From contig CAIKWD010000026.1 in assembly GCA_903831095.1 (NCBI GenBank), positions 29,290-93,289 of the forward strand: a stretch of DNA of 64,000 nucleotides. The letters are read 5' to 3'. Source of the stretch: Candidatus Staskawiczbacteria bacterium (lineage in GTDB: Bacteria > Patescibacteriota > Minisyncoccia > Minisyncoccales > Staskawiczbacteraceae). The position numbers and the translations under genes were made by a program. Shown in pieces: positions 8,272 to 18,255 of the stretch (position 1 is the first letter of the stretch; each line of letters starts with the position of its first letter). The notes under the pieces were generated by a model. The model did no database searches. It saw only the letters and a program-made list of their open reading frames with translations, and was not told the origin of the DNA.

Positions 8272-10299
8272 ATGAAAAGTTTAGTAATAGTTGAAAGCCC
8301 TACTAAAGCCAGAACAATCCAAAAGTTTCTTGGAAGCGATTTTGTAATACGCTCATCTTTTGGCCATGTAAGAGATTTGCCAAAAAGAGAACTGGGAGTT
8401 GATGTAGACAAGGGATTCGAGCCAAAATATGTTATACCAACAAAAGCTAAAAAGGTTGTAGCTGACTTGAAAAAGGAATCTGCCAAAGCCGATATAACAA
8501 TACTCGCTACCGACGAAGACCGCGAAGGAGAATCAATTGCCTGGCACTTGCAGGAAGCTTTAAAATTGAAAGATCCACAAAGAATTGTTTTCCACGAAAT
8601 TACTAAAACAGCAATTGAAGCAGCTTTAAAAAATCCAAGGCACATAGACATAAATTTAGTTGAAGCACAGCAAGCCAGAAGAATATTAGACAGGATTGTG
8701 GGATACAAAATTTCTCCGTTTTTGTGGAAAAAAATTGCCAAAGGTCTTTCAGCTGGAAGAGTCCAGTCTGTAGCTGTAAGATTAATTGTTGAAAGAGAAA
8801 GGGAAATCCAAAAATTTGTTGCCGAAGAATATTGGGGTATAGAAGCACTGCTCAAAAAATCCAACAATGAATTCAGTTCTTCACTGTCAAAAAAAGACGG
8901 CAAAGCAATTGAAAAACTTGAAATAAAAAACAAGGCCGAGGCAGATAAAATTTTAGGAGATCTAAATAGCGCCAATTACATTGTAGAATCCGTAGAAAAA
9001 AAAGAAACAAAAAAACATCCTGCTCCCCCATTTACAACCAGCACATTGCAACAAGCTGCTTGGCAAAGATTCAAGTTTTCTGCAAAAATGACAATGTCTT
9101 TGGCCCAAAGGTTATATGAGGAAGGAAATATAACATACCACAGGACAGATTCTTTAAACCTTTCTGAAATGTCGCTAAACGCTGCCAAGGATTTTATCTC
9201 TGGCAAATACGGACAAAATTATTGGGCTGGCAAAGTTGTAAAATATAAGACAAAAGATGGTTCTGCCCAAGAAGCTCACGAAGCTATAAGGCCAACCTTC
9301 GCTGATAAAAGTCCTGATTCATTGGCGGGAATTGACGCAAGACAATTAAAACTCTACACATTAATTTGGCAAAGGTTTATTGCCAGCCAAATGGCTCCAG
9401 CAGTTTTAGACTCAGTCTCTGCAGATATTAAAGCTAGCAATTATACATTTCGCGCAAATGGCCAAACAGTAAAATTTGATGGTTTCTTAAAAGTTTATCC
9501 TACAAAAACTGAAGAAACATTGTTGCCCGATTTAGAAAAAAACGACAAACTAGACTTATCAGAACTAAAATCCATACAACACTTCACTGAGCCTCCAGCA
9601 AGATATACTGAAGCAAGTTTGGTAAAAACTTTGGAAAAACATGGAATTGGTAGGCCTTCAACTTATGCCCCGATTATTTCAACTATTCAAGACAGAAACT
9701 ACGTAGCTGAAAACGACCAAAAAAGGTTTTTTCCAAGCGAAATGGGAGTCATAGTCAACGATGTCTTGGTTGAAAACTTTCCAGAAATTGTAGATATTGA
9801 TTTTACAGCCAAAATGGAAAAAGAATTAGACGAAGTTGCCGATGGAAAAGACACCTGGGCAAAAACCTGCCAAGACTTTTACACTCCTTTTGCTAAAAAT
9901 CTCAAGGAAAGATATGACAAAGTTATTAAGACAGACTTGACCCAAAAAACAGATAAAATTTGCCCAAAATGTGGTTCACCGTTAATTGAAAGGTTAGGAA
10001 GGTTTGGGAAATTTTATGCTTGTTCAAAATTTCCAGAATGTAAACATACAGAATCAATTGAAGGTGATCCTGATACTTTAGATATAGCCTGCCCAAAATG
10101 CAAAGAAGGAAAAATAACCGGGAAAAGAACTAAAAAAGGCAAAATATTCTACGGATGCAACCGCTTTCCAAAATGCGATTTTGCCTTATGGGATAAACCA
10201 ATAAATGAATTCTGCCCAACATGCAATTCAATACTCATAGAAAAAGGCAAAAAGATCAGATGCTCTAACAAGGAATGCGACTATATAAAAGATAAATAA
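8272..10299 (+). CDS. topA: DNA topoisomerase I with C4 zinc fingers
   Basis: VIVESPTK, ATDEDREGE, SAGRVQS, ITYHRTDS, QEAHEAIRPT, GIGRPSTY. Confidence 0.98.
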   Translation: MKSLVIVESPTKARTIQKFLGSDFVIRSSFGHVRDLPKRELGVDVDKGFEPKYVIPTKAKKVVADLKKESAKADITILATDEDREGESIAWHLQEALKLKDPQRIVFHEITKTAIEAALKNPRHIDINLVEAQQARRILDRIVGYKISPFLWKKIAKGLSAGRVQSVAVRLIVEREREIQKFVAEEYWGIEALLKKSNNEFSSSLSKKDGKAIEKLEIKNKAEADKILGDLNSANYIVESVEKKETKKHPAPPFTTSTLQQAAWQRFKFSAKMTMSLAQRLYEEGNITYHRTDSLNLSEMSLNAAKDFISGKYGQNYWAGKVVKYKTKDGSAQEAHEAIRPTFADKSPDSLAGIDARQLKLYTLIWQRFIASQMAPAVLDSVSADIKASNYTFRANGQTVKFDGFLKVYPTKTEETLLPDLEKNDKLDLSELKSIQHFTEPPARYTEASLVKTLEKHGIGRPSTYAPIISTIQDRNYVAENDQKRFFPSEMGVIVNDVLVENFPEIVDIDFTAKMEKELDEVADGKDTWAKTCQDFYTPFAKNLKERYDKVIKTDLTQKTDKICPKCGSPLIERLGRFGKFYACSKFPECKHTESIEGDPDTLDIACPKCKEGKITGKRTKKGKIFYGCNRFPKCDFALWDKPINEFCPTCNSILIEKGKKIRCSNKECDYIKDK

Positions 10300-10321
10300 A
10301 TCATCCTAGTCAGACAGTAAA

Positions 10322-12052
10322 ATGAGCAATGAAATACAAAAAATAATAAGAAGAAGCCCAGACCCTAAACTTATTGAGGATGCTTTTGAATTTGCGACAG
10401 AATCATACAAGGACAGATTTAGATTTTCTGGAGAAAACTATATCATACATGCAGTAAGAGTAGCTCAAGCATTAGATAAGATGGACCTTGATCCAACAAC
10501 AATTGCTTTTGGAATACTGCATGACGTAATGGACGATATTCCAGATTCTGCAAAAAATATTGAAATAAAAGAAATTGAAAAAAAATTTGGCAAAGAAATA
10601 TGTCGACTGCTGGAAAAAATTTCAGCAGTTAGCAGGGTAAGATATTCCTTATCAATTGGAATAAAAGAAAAGAAAACATTCACCAGGGAAAAAATTGAAA
10701 ATCTTCGAAGAATGTTTTTAGCTTTGGCTGGAGATATAAGAGTTGTTTTAGTTGAACTTCTTTCAAGGCTAGATGGATTAAACCATTTAAATCGCCTGCC
10801 AAATGACCAACAAAGGCTTTACGCGCTTGAAACGCTTAAAATTTTTGTCCCAGTTGCCAATAGGCTTGGACTATCTGAAATAAGAAGAAACCTTGAAGAT
10901 GTGGCTTTTTCCTATTTGTTCCCAGAAAAATTCAAATGGATCAAAGAAAATATAAAAGAACAATATGAGGAAAGAGAAAAGTATTTGAAAAAATTCATAC
11001 CTTACCTAAAAAAAATACTCCTAAAGGAAAGAGTAAAAATTGTAGACATAAACTACAGGGCAAAATCATATTGGAGCACCTATCAAAAATTAATCAGGCA
11101 TGAAATGGATTTTAACAAAATTCATGATTTACTGGCCCTACGCATAATAGCTGCTGACGTAGGAAGTTGCTATAAAACTCTTGGCATTATCCACAAGCAT
11201 TTCAAGCCAATTTCTGGGGAAATAAATGACTATATAGCCAAACCAAAACTAAACGGATATAGATCGCTTCATACAACTGTTTTTTCGCAAGAAGGAAAAA
11301 TAACAGAAATACAAATCAGAACTGAAGAAATGCACAAGGAAGCAGAATTTGGAGTTTGCGCTCACTGGTCTTACAAAGAAAGAATTGATTTACAAAAAGA
11401 AGGACAAAATTTTGAATGGCTTAAAAATGTGCCCGACTTTTGGAAAACCTTTAAAATAGACTTTTTCCCAAGCAAGGTTTTTTCCTTCACTCCAAAGGGA
11501 GATGTTATTGTTTTACCAAAAGGATCAACTCCAGTTGATTTTGCATATGCAGTTCATTCAGACATTGGAAACCATTGTGAATTGTCAAAAATAGGCGGTA
11601 GAATCGTACAATTAAACCACATTTTGGAAAATGGAGACGTGGTAGAAGTTACAGTTAATAAAAATAAAAAACCATCAAAAGATTGGCTAAGATTTGTCAA
11701 AACGTCTTTAGCAAAGTCACACATAAAAAAATTAACTGATGAGGACAATTCTGGTTTTAAATTCCCACTTCCTGGGTTTATAAGAAGAAGAATCACTGAA
11801 TTTTCTGAGGCTTCAAAAAAAAGACAGGAAGAAAAACAAAAAGTTGAAGAAGGAAAAATTCGCCATATTTATCTTGCTGGGCAAAAAGGAATGCTTATAC
11901 ATGTGGCAAAATGCTGTAATCCCCAACCTGGAGATAACGTTGGCGCCTATTTAGCCAAAAATAGGTCAGCGGTTTTACATAAAGTTTCCTGCGCTAATTT
12001 CAAAAAAATAGTCGAGAAATTTCCAGAAAAAGTCATTGAGGCTTCTTGGTAA
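10322..12052 (+). CDS. rel: RelA/SpoT (p)ppGpp synthetase (HD-SYN-TGS-ZFD, no ACT)
   Basis: HDVMDD, DYIAKPKLNGYRSLHT, EIQIRT, TPVDFAYAVH, KCCNPQPGD. Confidence 0.92.
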   Translation: MSNEIQKIIRRSPDPKLIEDAFEFATESYKDRFRFSGENYIIHAVRVAQALDKMDLDPTTIAFGILHDVMDDIPDSAKNIEIKEIEKKFGKEICRLLEKISAVSRVRYSLSIGIKEKKTFTREKIENLRRMFLALAGDIRVVLVELLSRLDGLNHLNRLPNDQQRLYALETLKIFVPVANRLGLSEIRRNLEDVAFSYLFPEKFKWIKENIKEQYEEREKYLKKFIPYLKKILLKERVKIVDINYRAKSYWSTYQKLIRHEMDFNKIHDLLALRIIAADVGSCYKTLGIIHKHFKPISGEINDYIAKPKLNGYRSLHTTVFSQEGKITEIQIRTEEMHKEAEFGVCAHWSYKERIDLQKEGQNFEWLKNVPDFWKTFKIDFFPSKVFSFTPKGDVIVLPKGSTPVDFAYAVHSDIGNHCELSKIGGRIVQLNHILENGDVVEVTVNKNKKPSKDWLRFVKTSLAKSHIKKLTDEDNSGFKFPLPGFIRRRITEFSEASKKRQEEKQKVEEGKIRHIYLAGQKGMLIHVAKCCNPQPGDNVGAYLAKNRSAVLHKVSCANFKKIVEKFPEKVIEASW

Positions 12053-12106
12053 TATGGTAAATAGTTGAAAATTACTTTAAAATAAGCTAAACTAAAACAG
12101 AATTAA

Positions 12107-12190
12107 GCCGAGGTGATGAAATTGGCAAACATGCCAGACTCAAAATCTGGTGCCCTTAAAAGCTTGAGGGTTCAAGTCCCTCCCTCGGCA
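12107..12190 (+). tRNA. tRNA-Leu(CAA)
   Basis: Acceptor GCCGAGG/CCTCGGC, anticodon arm CCAGA-CTCAAAA-TCTGG, long variable arm, T-loop TTCAAGT. Confidence 0.95.
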
Positions 12191-12218
12191 CACTTTACTG
12201 TACTCAGTACAGGCAACT

Positions 12219-12244
12219 AAAACCCCGCTCAGCGGGGCTTTTAT
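12219..12244. terminator. Bidirectional terminator between tRNA and MBL gene
   Basis: ccccgc-tca-gcgggg with flanking A/T tracts. Confidence 0.75.
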
Positions 12245-12990
12245 TATACTTCGTATTCTTCCATAGGTTCGGGCAAGATTATTTTTAAACCAGTTTCTGG
12301 AATAGCTTCCTTAACTTTTTTCCTAGTTTCATCATTAAATACTCTTTTAAAGTGGGCCAGTGCCAGACATTTTACATTTTGTCTTTTAGCCATTTCAAAC
12401 AAATCTACTGCCACAACATGTCCAGGAAGTTTTTTATCATACATATAGCACTCATGCATCAGCAGGTCAGCATTTTTATAAAGATTCTCATTGTCCCCTT
12501 CCATTGGCCCGTCCCCGCTGTAACAAACAACATCTTTTTTATCTTCAATCCTTACAGCTAAGTTATATGCTGTGTGCCCGGTCTTTGCAAAACTTAACTT
12601 TAAATCATTGAATTTTATTTCCTTTCCATCTTCTGCAATTACAAACTTAACTTCAAAACCATAACTGTTTATTCCAAAATAAGCATGCTCCGTTAGTCTT
12701 TCTATATCTGTTTTGATCTGCTCTGAACAAATTATGGTTAATTCTTTTTTCCTACCCTCTTCCAACATTCTGCCTAGAAGTGCAGGAATTCCAAACAAAT
12801 GGTCAGAATGCCTATGAGTTATATATAGAGCATCAACTAAAGAATAATCTTTGGTATATTTCCAAATCTGACGCACAGCTGAATCTCCACAATCTAACAT
12901 TATTGCAGTTTTATCTGATAGTACTAAATGCGAATGATTTGGATACCTTTCATCAAAAGCTTCACCATTTCCTAAAAATACAACTTTCAT
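12244..12990 (-). CDS. RNase Z-like metallo-beta-lactamase fold hydrolase
   Basis: VVFLGNG, LDCG, THRHSDH, YSGD, HEC, LAH motifs. Confidence 0.85.
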   Translation of the reverse strand: MKVVFLGNGEAFDERYPNHSHLVLSDKTAIMLDCGDSAVRQIWKYTKDYSLVDALYITHRHSDHLFGIPALLGRMLEEGRKKELTIICSEQIKTDIERLTEHAYFGINSYGFEVKFVIAEDGKEIKFNDLKLSFAKTGHTAYNLAVRIEDKKDVVCYSGDGPMEGDNENLYKNADLLMHECYMYDKKLPGHVVAVDLFEMAKRQNVKCLALAHFKRVFNDETRKKVKEAIPETGLKIILPEPMEEYEV

Positions 12991-13528
12991 TATTTTTTTT
13001 GATTATGTATTTTTTGAAAACCCAATTAACAAGCCAGCCGGTAATTATACCAACCAAAGCGCCAGCTAACACGTCAGAAGGCCAATGAACTCCCACAAAA
13101 ACTCGGGCAATGGAAATTAATACAGCAAAAATATAAAACCAAATCCCAGCTTTTTTATTATTTAAAAACACTACAGTTGCCAAGGCAAAGAAAAATGATG
13201 CATGGCCAGACGGAAAAGAAGACTCGTTTACTTTGCTCACCAACAAGTTAATATCTGGCATATTGAATGGGCGAAACCTCGGCTTAAACCAGCGGATTAA
13301 TTCCACAATACCGAATCTTGCTAATCCTGCAGCAACAAAAGCCAACAAAACCATAATCCAATTTTTCTTGTACTTTAGCAAAAATAAAAGCAATAACAAA
13401 ACTACAAAATATGGAAAATAATTAGCAATAAATATTCCCATAAAATCCACCCATGTCCATTTAAATGCAAACTGGTTTATTGCCCTAAAAATATTGTGAT
13501 CTAAATTTAATAAAGATTGATAAATCAT
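12962..13528 (-). CDS. PAP2 family phosphatase (BcrC-like undecaprenyl-PP phosphatase)
   Basis: RFRP, SFPSGH, ARVFVGVHWPSDV. Confidence 0.9.
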   Translation of the reverse strand: MIYQSLLNLDHNIFRAINQFAFKWTWVDFMGIFIANYFPYFVVLLLLLFLLKYKKNWIMVLLAFVAAGLARFGIVELIRWFKPRFRPFNMPDINLLVSKVNESSFPSGHASFFFALATVVFLNNKKAGIWFYIFAVLISIARVFVGVHWPSDVLAGALVGIITGWLVNWVFKKYIIKKNNESCIFRKW

Positions 13529-14764
13529 TTATCTTGGAAGTGGAAACCTCTTACAAAGTTTTATAACATCTACATGAAGCTTGGCCAATACCTTTTCGTC
13601 AGTGTGGTTTATTATGGCCTGGTTAATCCAATTGGCAATAATTTTAATTTCCTTTTCCTTCATACCTCTGGTTGTTATAGCAGGCACTCCAATACGCACT
13701 CCACTTGGATCAAATGGTTTTCTTGGGTCATCTGGAATCATATTTTTATTTACAGTAATTCCTATTTTATCCAAAGCTTTTTCAGCTTCTTTTCCAGTAA
13801 CTCCCTTACTACCAAAAACATCAACTAAAATCATATGGTTATCAGTCTGTCCAAACATTATCTTATACCCATATTTTTTCATCTCTAGCTCTAAAGTTTT
13901 TGCATTCTTTATTATTTGTTTTGCATAAGCTTTAAAAGACGGCTTTAAGGCTTCACCCAATGCAACAGCTAAAGCTGCAATATTATTCATGTGCGGGCCT
14001 CCTTGAAAACCTGGAAAAAGAGCCTTGTCTATTGCTTCGGCAAACTGCTGTTTGCACATTATCATTCCTCCTCTTGGGCCTCGCAAAGTTTTATGAGTTG
14101 TGGTTGTAACTATGTCAAAATATGGCACAGGATTTGGTATGGCTTTGCCTGCAATTAAACCTGCAATGTGAGCTACATCAAACATACTTACTGCTCCAAC
14201 TTTTTTAGCTATATCGGTAAATTTTTTGTAATCAACTTGTCTGGTGTAAGCTGAAAATCCAGCCAATATTATTTTTGGTTTTTCTTGAATTGCCATTTTT
14301 TCCAATTCATCATAATCAATCTCTCCCAAAGCATTTGTTTTATACCTTACAAACCTGTAAATCTTAGCTCCCAAAGTAACAGGGTGCCCATGGCTTAAAT
14401 GTCCGCCATGAGACAAATCCATACCCAAAACAGTGTCTCCTGGCTGTAAAATAGCGCTATAAACAATCATATTGGCTGGACACCCAGAAAGAGGCTGAAC
14501 GTTAATATGCTCTGCTCCAAATATCATTTTAGCCCTTTCAATAGCCAAATTCTCAACAATATCAGTATAAGCCTGCCCGCCGTAATAACGCTTTCCAGGA
14601 TAACCTTCGGAATACTTGTTGGTAAAAACCGAACCCAACGCTTCCAGTACTGCTGGAGATACATAATTTTCCGAGGCAATAAGTTCCATGCCTTCCTGCT
14701 GGCGTTTTAATTCCCCTTCAATTGCTTTATAAACTTTAGGATCCTGATTTTTTAATTTTGGCAT
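13529..14764 (-). CDS. glyA: Serine hydroxymethyltransferase
   Basis: LIASEN, NKYSEGYPGKRYY, TTTHKTLRGPRGG. Confidence 0.98.
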   Translation of the reverse strand: MPKLKNQDPKVYKAIEGELKRQQEGMELIASENYVSPAVLEALGSVFTNKYSEGYPGKRYYGGQAYTDIVENLAIERAKMIFGAEHINVQPLSGCPANMIVYSAILQPGDTVLGMDLSHGGHLSHGHPVTLGAKIYRFVRYKTNALGEIDYDELEKMAIQEKPKIILAGFSAYTRQVDYKKFTDIAKKVGAVSMFDVAHIAGLIAGKAIPNPVPYFDIVTTTTHKTLRGPRGGMIMCKQQFAEAIDKALFPGFQGGPHMNNIAALAVALGEALKPSFKAYAKQIIKNAKTLELEMKKYGYKIMFGQTDNHMILVDVFGSKGVTGKEAEKALDKIGITVNKNMIPDDPRKPFDPSGVRIGVPAITTRGMKEKEIKIIANWINQAIINHTDEKVLAKLHVDVIKLCKRFPLPR

Positions 14765-14765
14765 G

Positions 14766-15347
14766 TTAGTTTCTTATTATTTTAATATTATCACTTGTTA
14801 AATCCATTATGATTGAAGGCTTGCCTTTTGGCAAATTACCACCGTCAACAATCAAATCTGGTTTCGTTTTACTATTTTCAAAATAAACTATTACATCATT
14901 TATTTTTGTTGAAGCTGGTTGCCCAGAAATATTTGCAGAAGTTTGAGCCAATGGTCCATCAAATTTTCTTAAAATATTGTTCAACAACAGATGTTTGGAA
15001 ATACGCAATGCAATTGTTTTTTTATCTACTCCAAACAGCTTTTGCCCTTTTTTCCTGTTTAAAATAAAAGTATATTTTCCCGGCCATTTTTTCTTTATTA
15101 TTTTACTATTCTCCTTTCCAATAAAAGCCAACTCATTTGCCATTTTCATCTCCTTAACAAAAATTGGAAGCGGATTAAATTTTGGCCTTTGTTTTATTTC
15201 ATATATTTTTGCAACTGCCTTTTTATTTGTTGCATCACAAACTAAGCCATAAACAGTATCTGTGGGCAAGACTAAAACTGCCCCATTTTCCAGAGCAGTA
15301 ATTATTTCTTTTATATCAGACTTATTTTCCTTTGTTATTTTGATCAT
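14766..15347 (-). CDS. tsaC: Threonylcarbamoyl-AMP synthase (TsaC/Sua5)
   Basis: PTDTVYGL, IYEIKQRP, TSANISG. Confidence 0.93.
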   Translation of the reverse strand: MIKITKENKSDIKEIITALENGAVLVLPTDTVYGLVCDATNKKAVAKIYEIKQRPKFNPLPIFVKEMKMANELAFIGKENSKIIKKKWPGKYTFILNRKKGQKLFGVDKKTIALRISKHLLLNNILRKFDGPLAQTSANISGQPASTKINDVIVYFENSKTKPDLIVDGGNLPKGKPSIIMDLTSDNIKIIRN

Positions 15348-16068
15348 TTAAAAATTTTGACAATTCTTCAACATCCTCAGGTTTCCCAAAATCCTTCCAA
15401 TAATCCTTTATTATTTTAACTTTCACTTTTTTGTCCTTTGACATTAAAGATATTACATCAGTAATCTCAAATTCCCCTCGAGGCGATTTGTTTATTAATG
15501 GCAATTTAGAAAATACTTCCGGACTGAACTTGTACAATCCTGCATTTATCAAATTTCCCACATATTCTTTTGGCTTTTCAATTATTTTTTCCAAATATTC
15601 GCCATTAGAAATTAAAACTCCATAATTTTCTGGCTTGTCATTCACTAATCCTGCTACATAATTGAAACTGTCATCAACATTCATTTCCTTCAAATCTTCC
15701 ACTGAAAACAAATTATCTCCGCCAATGAATAAAAACTGTTCCTTAATATCATCTTTTATACACATTAATGGACATGCTGTTCCATATATTTTTTCCTTCG
15801 GACCTAAAATTTCAAACTGGTTTACAAAGCTTATTTCAAACTTTTCCTTGCCCGGAGCAGTATAATTACTTTTAAAATCATCCATCAACTCTTTCTTATA
15901 TCCAACAACTAAAATAACGTCTCTATAACCTGCTAAAAAAAGATTGTCTAAAACATAGGCTAAAAATGGCCTGCCATTTACCTCAATCAAGTGTTTTGGC
16001 TTGTCCTTGGACAAATGAAGCATTCTAGTCCCTTGGCCAGCTGCAGCTATGACAACATTAGTTACCAT
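15322..16068 (-). CDS. Sugar-phosphate nucleotidyltransferase
   Basis: AAGQGTRM...PK, EKP, INAGLY, SPRGEFEITD. Confidence 0.88.
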   Translation of the reverse strand: MVTNVVIAAAGQGTRMLHLSKDKPKHLIEVNGRPFLAYVLDNLFLAGYRDVILVVGYKKELMDDFKSNYTAPGKEKFEISFVNQFEILGPKEKIYGTACPLMCIKDDIKEQFLFIGGDNLFSVEDLKEMNVDDSFNYVAGLVNDKPENYGVLISNGEYLEKIIEKPKEYVGNLINAGLYKFSPEVFSKLPLINKSPRGEFEITDVISLMSKDKKVKVKIIKDYWKDFGKPEDVEELSKFLNDQNNKGK

Positions 16069-16630
16069 GTCCTAATTCAAAAGCCTTAATATTCAAATCT
16101 AAATACTTTTGGGGAATCATATTTTTCATTGCCTGCATTACCGATTCCTTTTTTAAGGGCATCAATTTTTTGCCAACTGCATATCCTAAAAGATATGCAG
16201 TGCAAACTATTTCATTTTGTAATTTTTCCTTACAATCCTGTGAAGCAGGAATTAAATAAAAATTCTTCTTTGTTTCCTTTAGTTGCTTTAATATTTCTTC
16301 CTTTGGCAAGGAATTCAAAAATGGCAGGAAATATTCATTGACCAAAATTTTAGTTTGTTTGCCAGCTTTTACAGATTCTCTCAAAGCTTCAAGAGCTTCC
16401 ATGGCTATAATTAAATCTGCCTTTCCAGTTGAAACCATTGGAGAAAATACTTTTTTCCCAAACCTTACATGTGCCTCAACACTTCCGCCCCTTTGCGAAA
16501 GCCCGTGAAGTTCAGAAGACTTTACCTCAAGGCCCTCAACCAAAGCTGCTTCGTCTATTATTTGAAGCAAGGTTATTATTCCTTGCCCACCTACTCCAGT
16601 AAGTATTATATTGAATGTTTTTTTGTCCAT
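16058..16630 (-). CDS. iorB: Indolepyruvate:ferredoxin oxidoreductase beta subunit
   Basis: GVGGQG, SELHGLSQRGGSV. Confidence 0.9.
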   Translation of the reverse strand: MDKKTFNIILTGVGGQGIITLLQIIDEAALVEGLEVKSSELHGLSQRGGSVEAHVRFGKKVFSPMVSTGKADLIIAMEALEALRESVKAGKQTKILVNEYFLPFLNSLPKEEILKQLKETKKNFYLIPASQDCKEKLQNEIVCTAYLLGYAVGKKLMPLKKESVMQAMKNMIPQKYLDLNIKAFELGHGN

Positions 16631-16632
16631 AA

Positions 16633-18255
16633 TTATTTTTTTGCTTGTCTCCTAGCTAAAAGAGCGCAAATTCTTTTACAAATTATTACTGAAACTTCCT
16701 CCTTGCCTAAAAATTCTTTCACTGTATTTTCAAACTCCGGCATATTTATAGGATCTAAAACTTTTAAATTCTTTACACCACAAGCTTTTACAATTTCTTC
16801 AATACTTAATTCTGGTGCATCCTTTCCCATTAAATTTTTACCCATTCCAGGATTTGGTTGGTGCCCAGTCATAGCTGTTATTCGGTTGTCCAAAATAATT
16901 ACCAAAGGATTGGATTTATTATAAACAGAATTTATAAGCGGAGCTATTCCCGAATGGAAAAATGTTCCGTCTCCCATTATGGTAATAACTTTCTGACTGG
17001 TAGATTTCTTAACTCCATGTGAAATACCCAATCCCGCTCCCATGTCAAAAAGATAGTCATACAAGTTATGAGGTGGTAAAGCTCCAATCATATTACAACC
17101 TATATCACCTCCAAAAACTGTTCCTTCAGGAGCAATCCTTTTTAAAACTGGAAAAACATGCCAATAAGGGCAACCTTCGCAAAGCCTGGCAGTTCTTCTA
17201 GGAAGATTAATTTGTTTTACCTTAAAGGTTGTAATTTTCTTTCCAATTATTTTTGCTGTAGCAGACAAAATTTTATCTGTATTCAGTTCTCCAATCTCTG
17301 GTAAAATGTCTTTTCCAAAAATCTTAACCTTAATTCCCATGTCGTTTGCAATAGCCTTTATTTCCTTCTCCAAATATGAATTAAGTTCTTCGGCAACTAA
17401 AATATTTTTTTTGCCTTTCATAAACTCAGCAATTTTCTTCCTTGGCAAAGGATAAAAAAATCCAAGCCTCAAAACTGGAAGCTGTATGCCCATTTCTTCA
17501 AAGGCCTCTAAAGTATGCATATAAGAAATTCCTGAAGTAATAACACCAAGTTTTGAGGACGCAGATTTATTTATTATAAAATTTACCTTTGATTTTTCAG
17601 CAAAAATTTCAATTTTCTTTAATTTTTCCAAAAGTTCTCCTTTCATTTCCATTACTCTTGGAGGCATAGTGGAAAATTGATGAGGATTTCTAATAAATTC
17701 TCCTTTTACTTCACTTTTAACCCTTTCTTCAAAATTAACAATTGCCCTTTGATGAGCCACGCGCGTAGTCACTCTTAAAATTACAGGAATATTGAATTTC
17801 TCTGATATTTCAAAACCCAGCTTTGTAAAATCATAACATTCTTGTGGACTAGAAGGTTCTAGAAAAGGTATATGAGACAAATAAGCATAACCCCTTGAAT
17901 CCTGTTCTGATTGAGCAGAACTCCAGCATGAAGGGTCATCTCCCACAAATATTACCATTGGAGCTTTTGTTCCAGTATAAGCCAAGGGTAACAAGCTATC
18001 TGAGCATACATTTATGCCAAAACTCTTCATATTTACCAAGGATTTTAAGCCTGAAAAACTGGCTCCTATGGCAGCTTCCAATGCAACCTTCTCATTTGTT
18101 GAATACTCGGCATAAACTCCGTTTGCTTCGGCAATTTTGCCAAACTCATCTCCAATTTCAGCTGATGGACATCCAGGATACCCAGAAACGAAAGAAACAC
18201 CTGCTGCTAAAGCTCCCCTAACTATTGCCTCGTTCCCCAATAAAACTTTTTTCAT
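16633..18255 (-). CDS. iorA: Indolepyruvate:ferredoxin oxidoreductase alpha subunit (lacks C-terminal ferredoxin domain)
   Basis: LLGNEAI, GYPGCPS, NEKVALE, CEGCP, GDIGC, GDGTFFHSG, DNRITAMTGHQP. Confidence 0.92.
   Translation of the reverse strand: MKKVLLGNEAIVRGALAAGVSFVSGYPGCPSAEIGDEFGKIAEANGVYAEYSTNEKVALEAAIGASFSGLKSLVNMKSFGINVCSDSLLPLAYTGTKAPMVIFVGDDPSCWSSAQSEQDSRGYAYLSHIPFLEPSSPQECYDFTKLGFEISEKFNIPVILRVTTRVAHQRAIVNFEERVKSEVKGEFIRNPHQFSTMPPRVMEMKGELLEKLKKIEIFAEKSKVNFIINKSASSKLGVITSGISYMHTLEAFEEMGIQLPVLRLGFFYPLPRKKIAEFMKGKKNILVAEELNSYLEKEIKAIANDMGIKVKIFGKDILPEIGELNTDKILSATAKIIGKKITTFKVKQINLPRRTARLCEGCPYWHVFPVLKRIAPEGTVFGGDIGCNMIGALPPHNLYDYLFDMGAGLGISHGVKKSTSQKVITIMGDGTFFHSGIAPLINSVYNKSNPLVIILDNRITAMTGHQPNPGMGKNLMGKDAPELSIEEIVKACGVKNLKVLDPINMPEFENTVKEFLGKEEVSVIICKRICALLARRQAKK

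Noticed and set aside
12191-12214. cactttactgtactcagtacagg after tRNA-Leu as an att site or REP copy
   Set aside because: No duplicated tRNA 3' end or integrase seen; resemblance to the TTCG..GCTCA hairpin is too weak.
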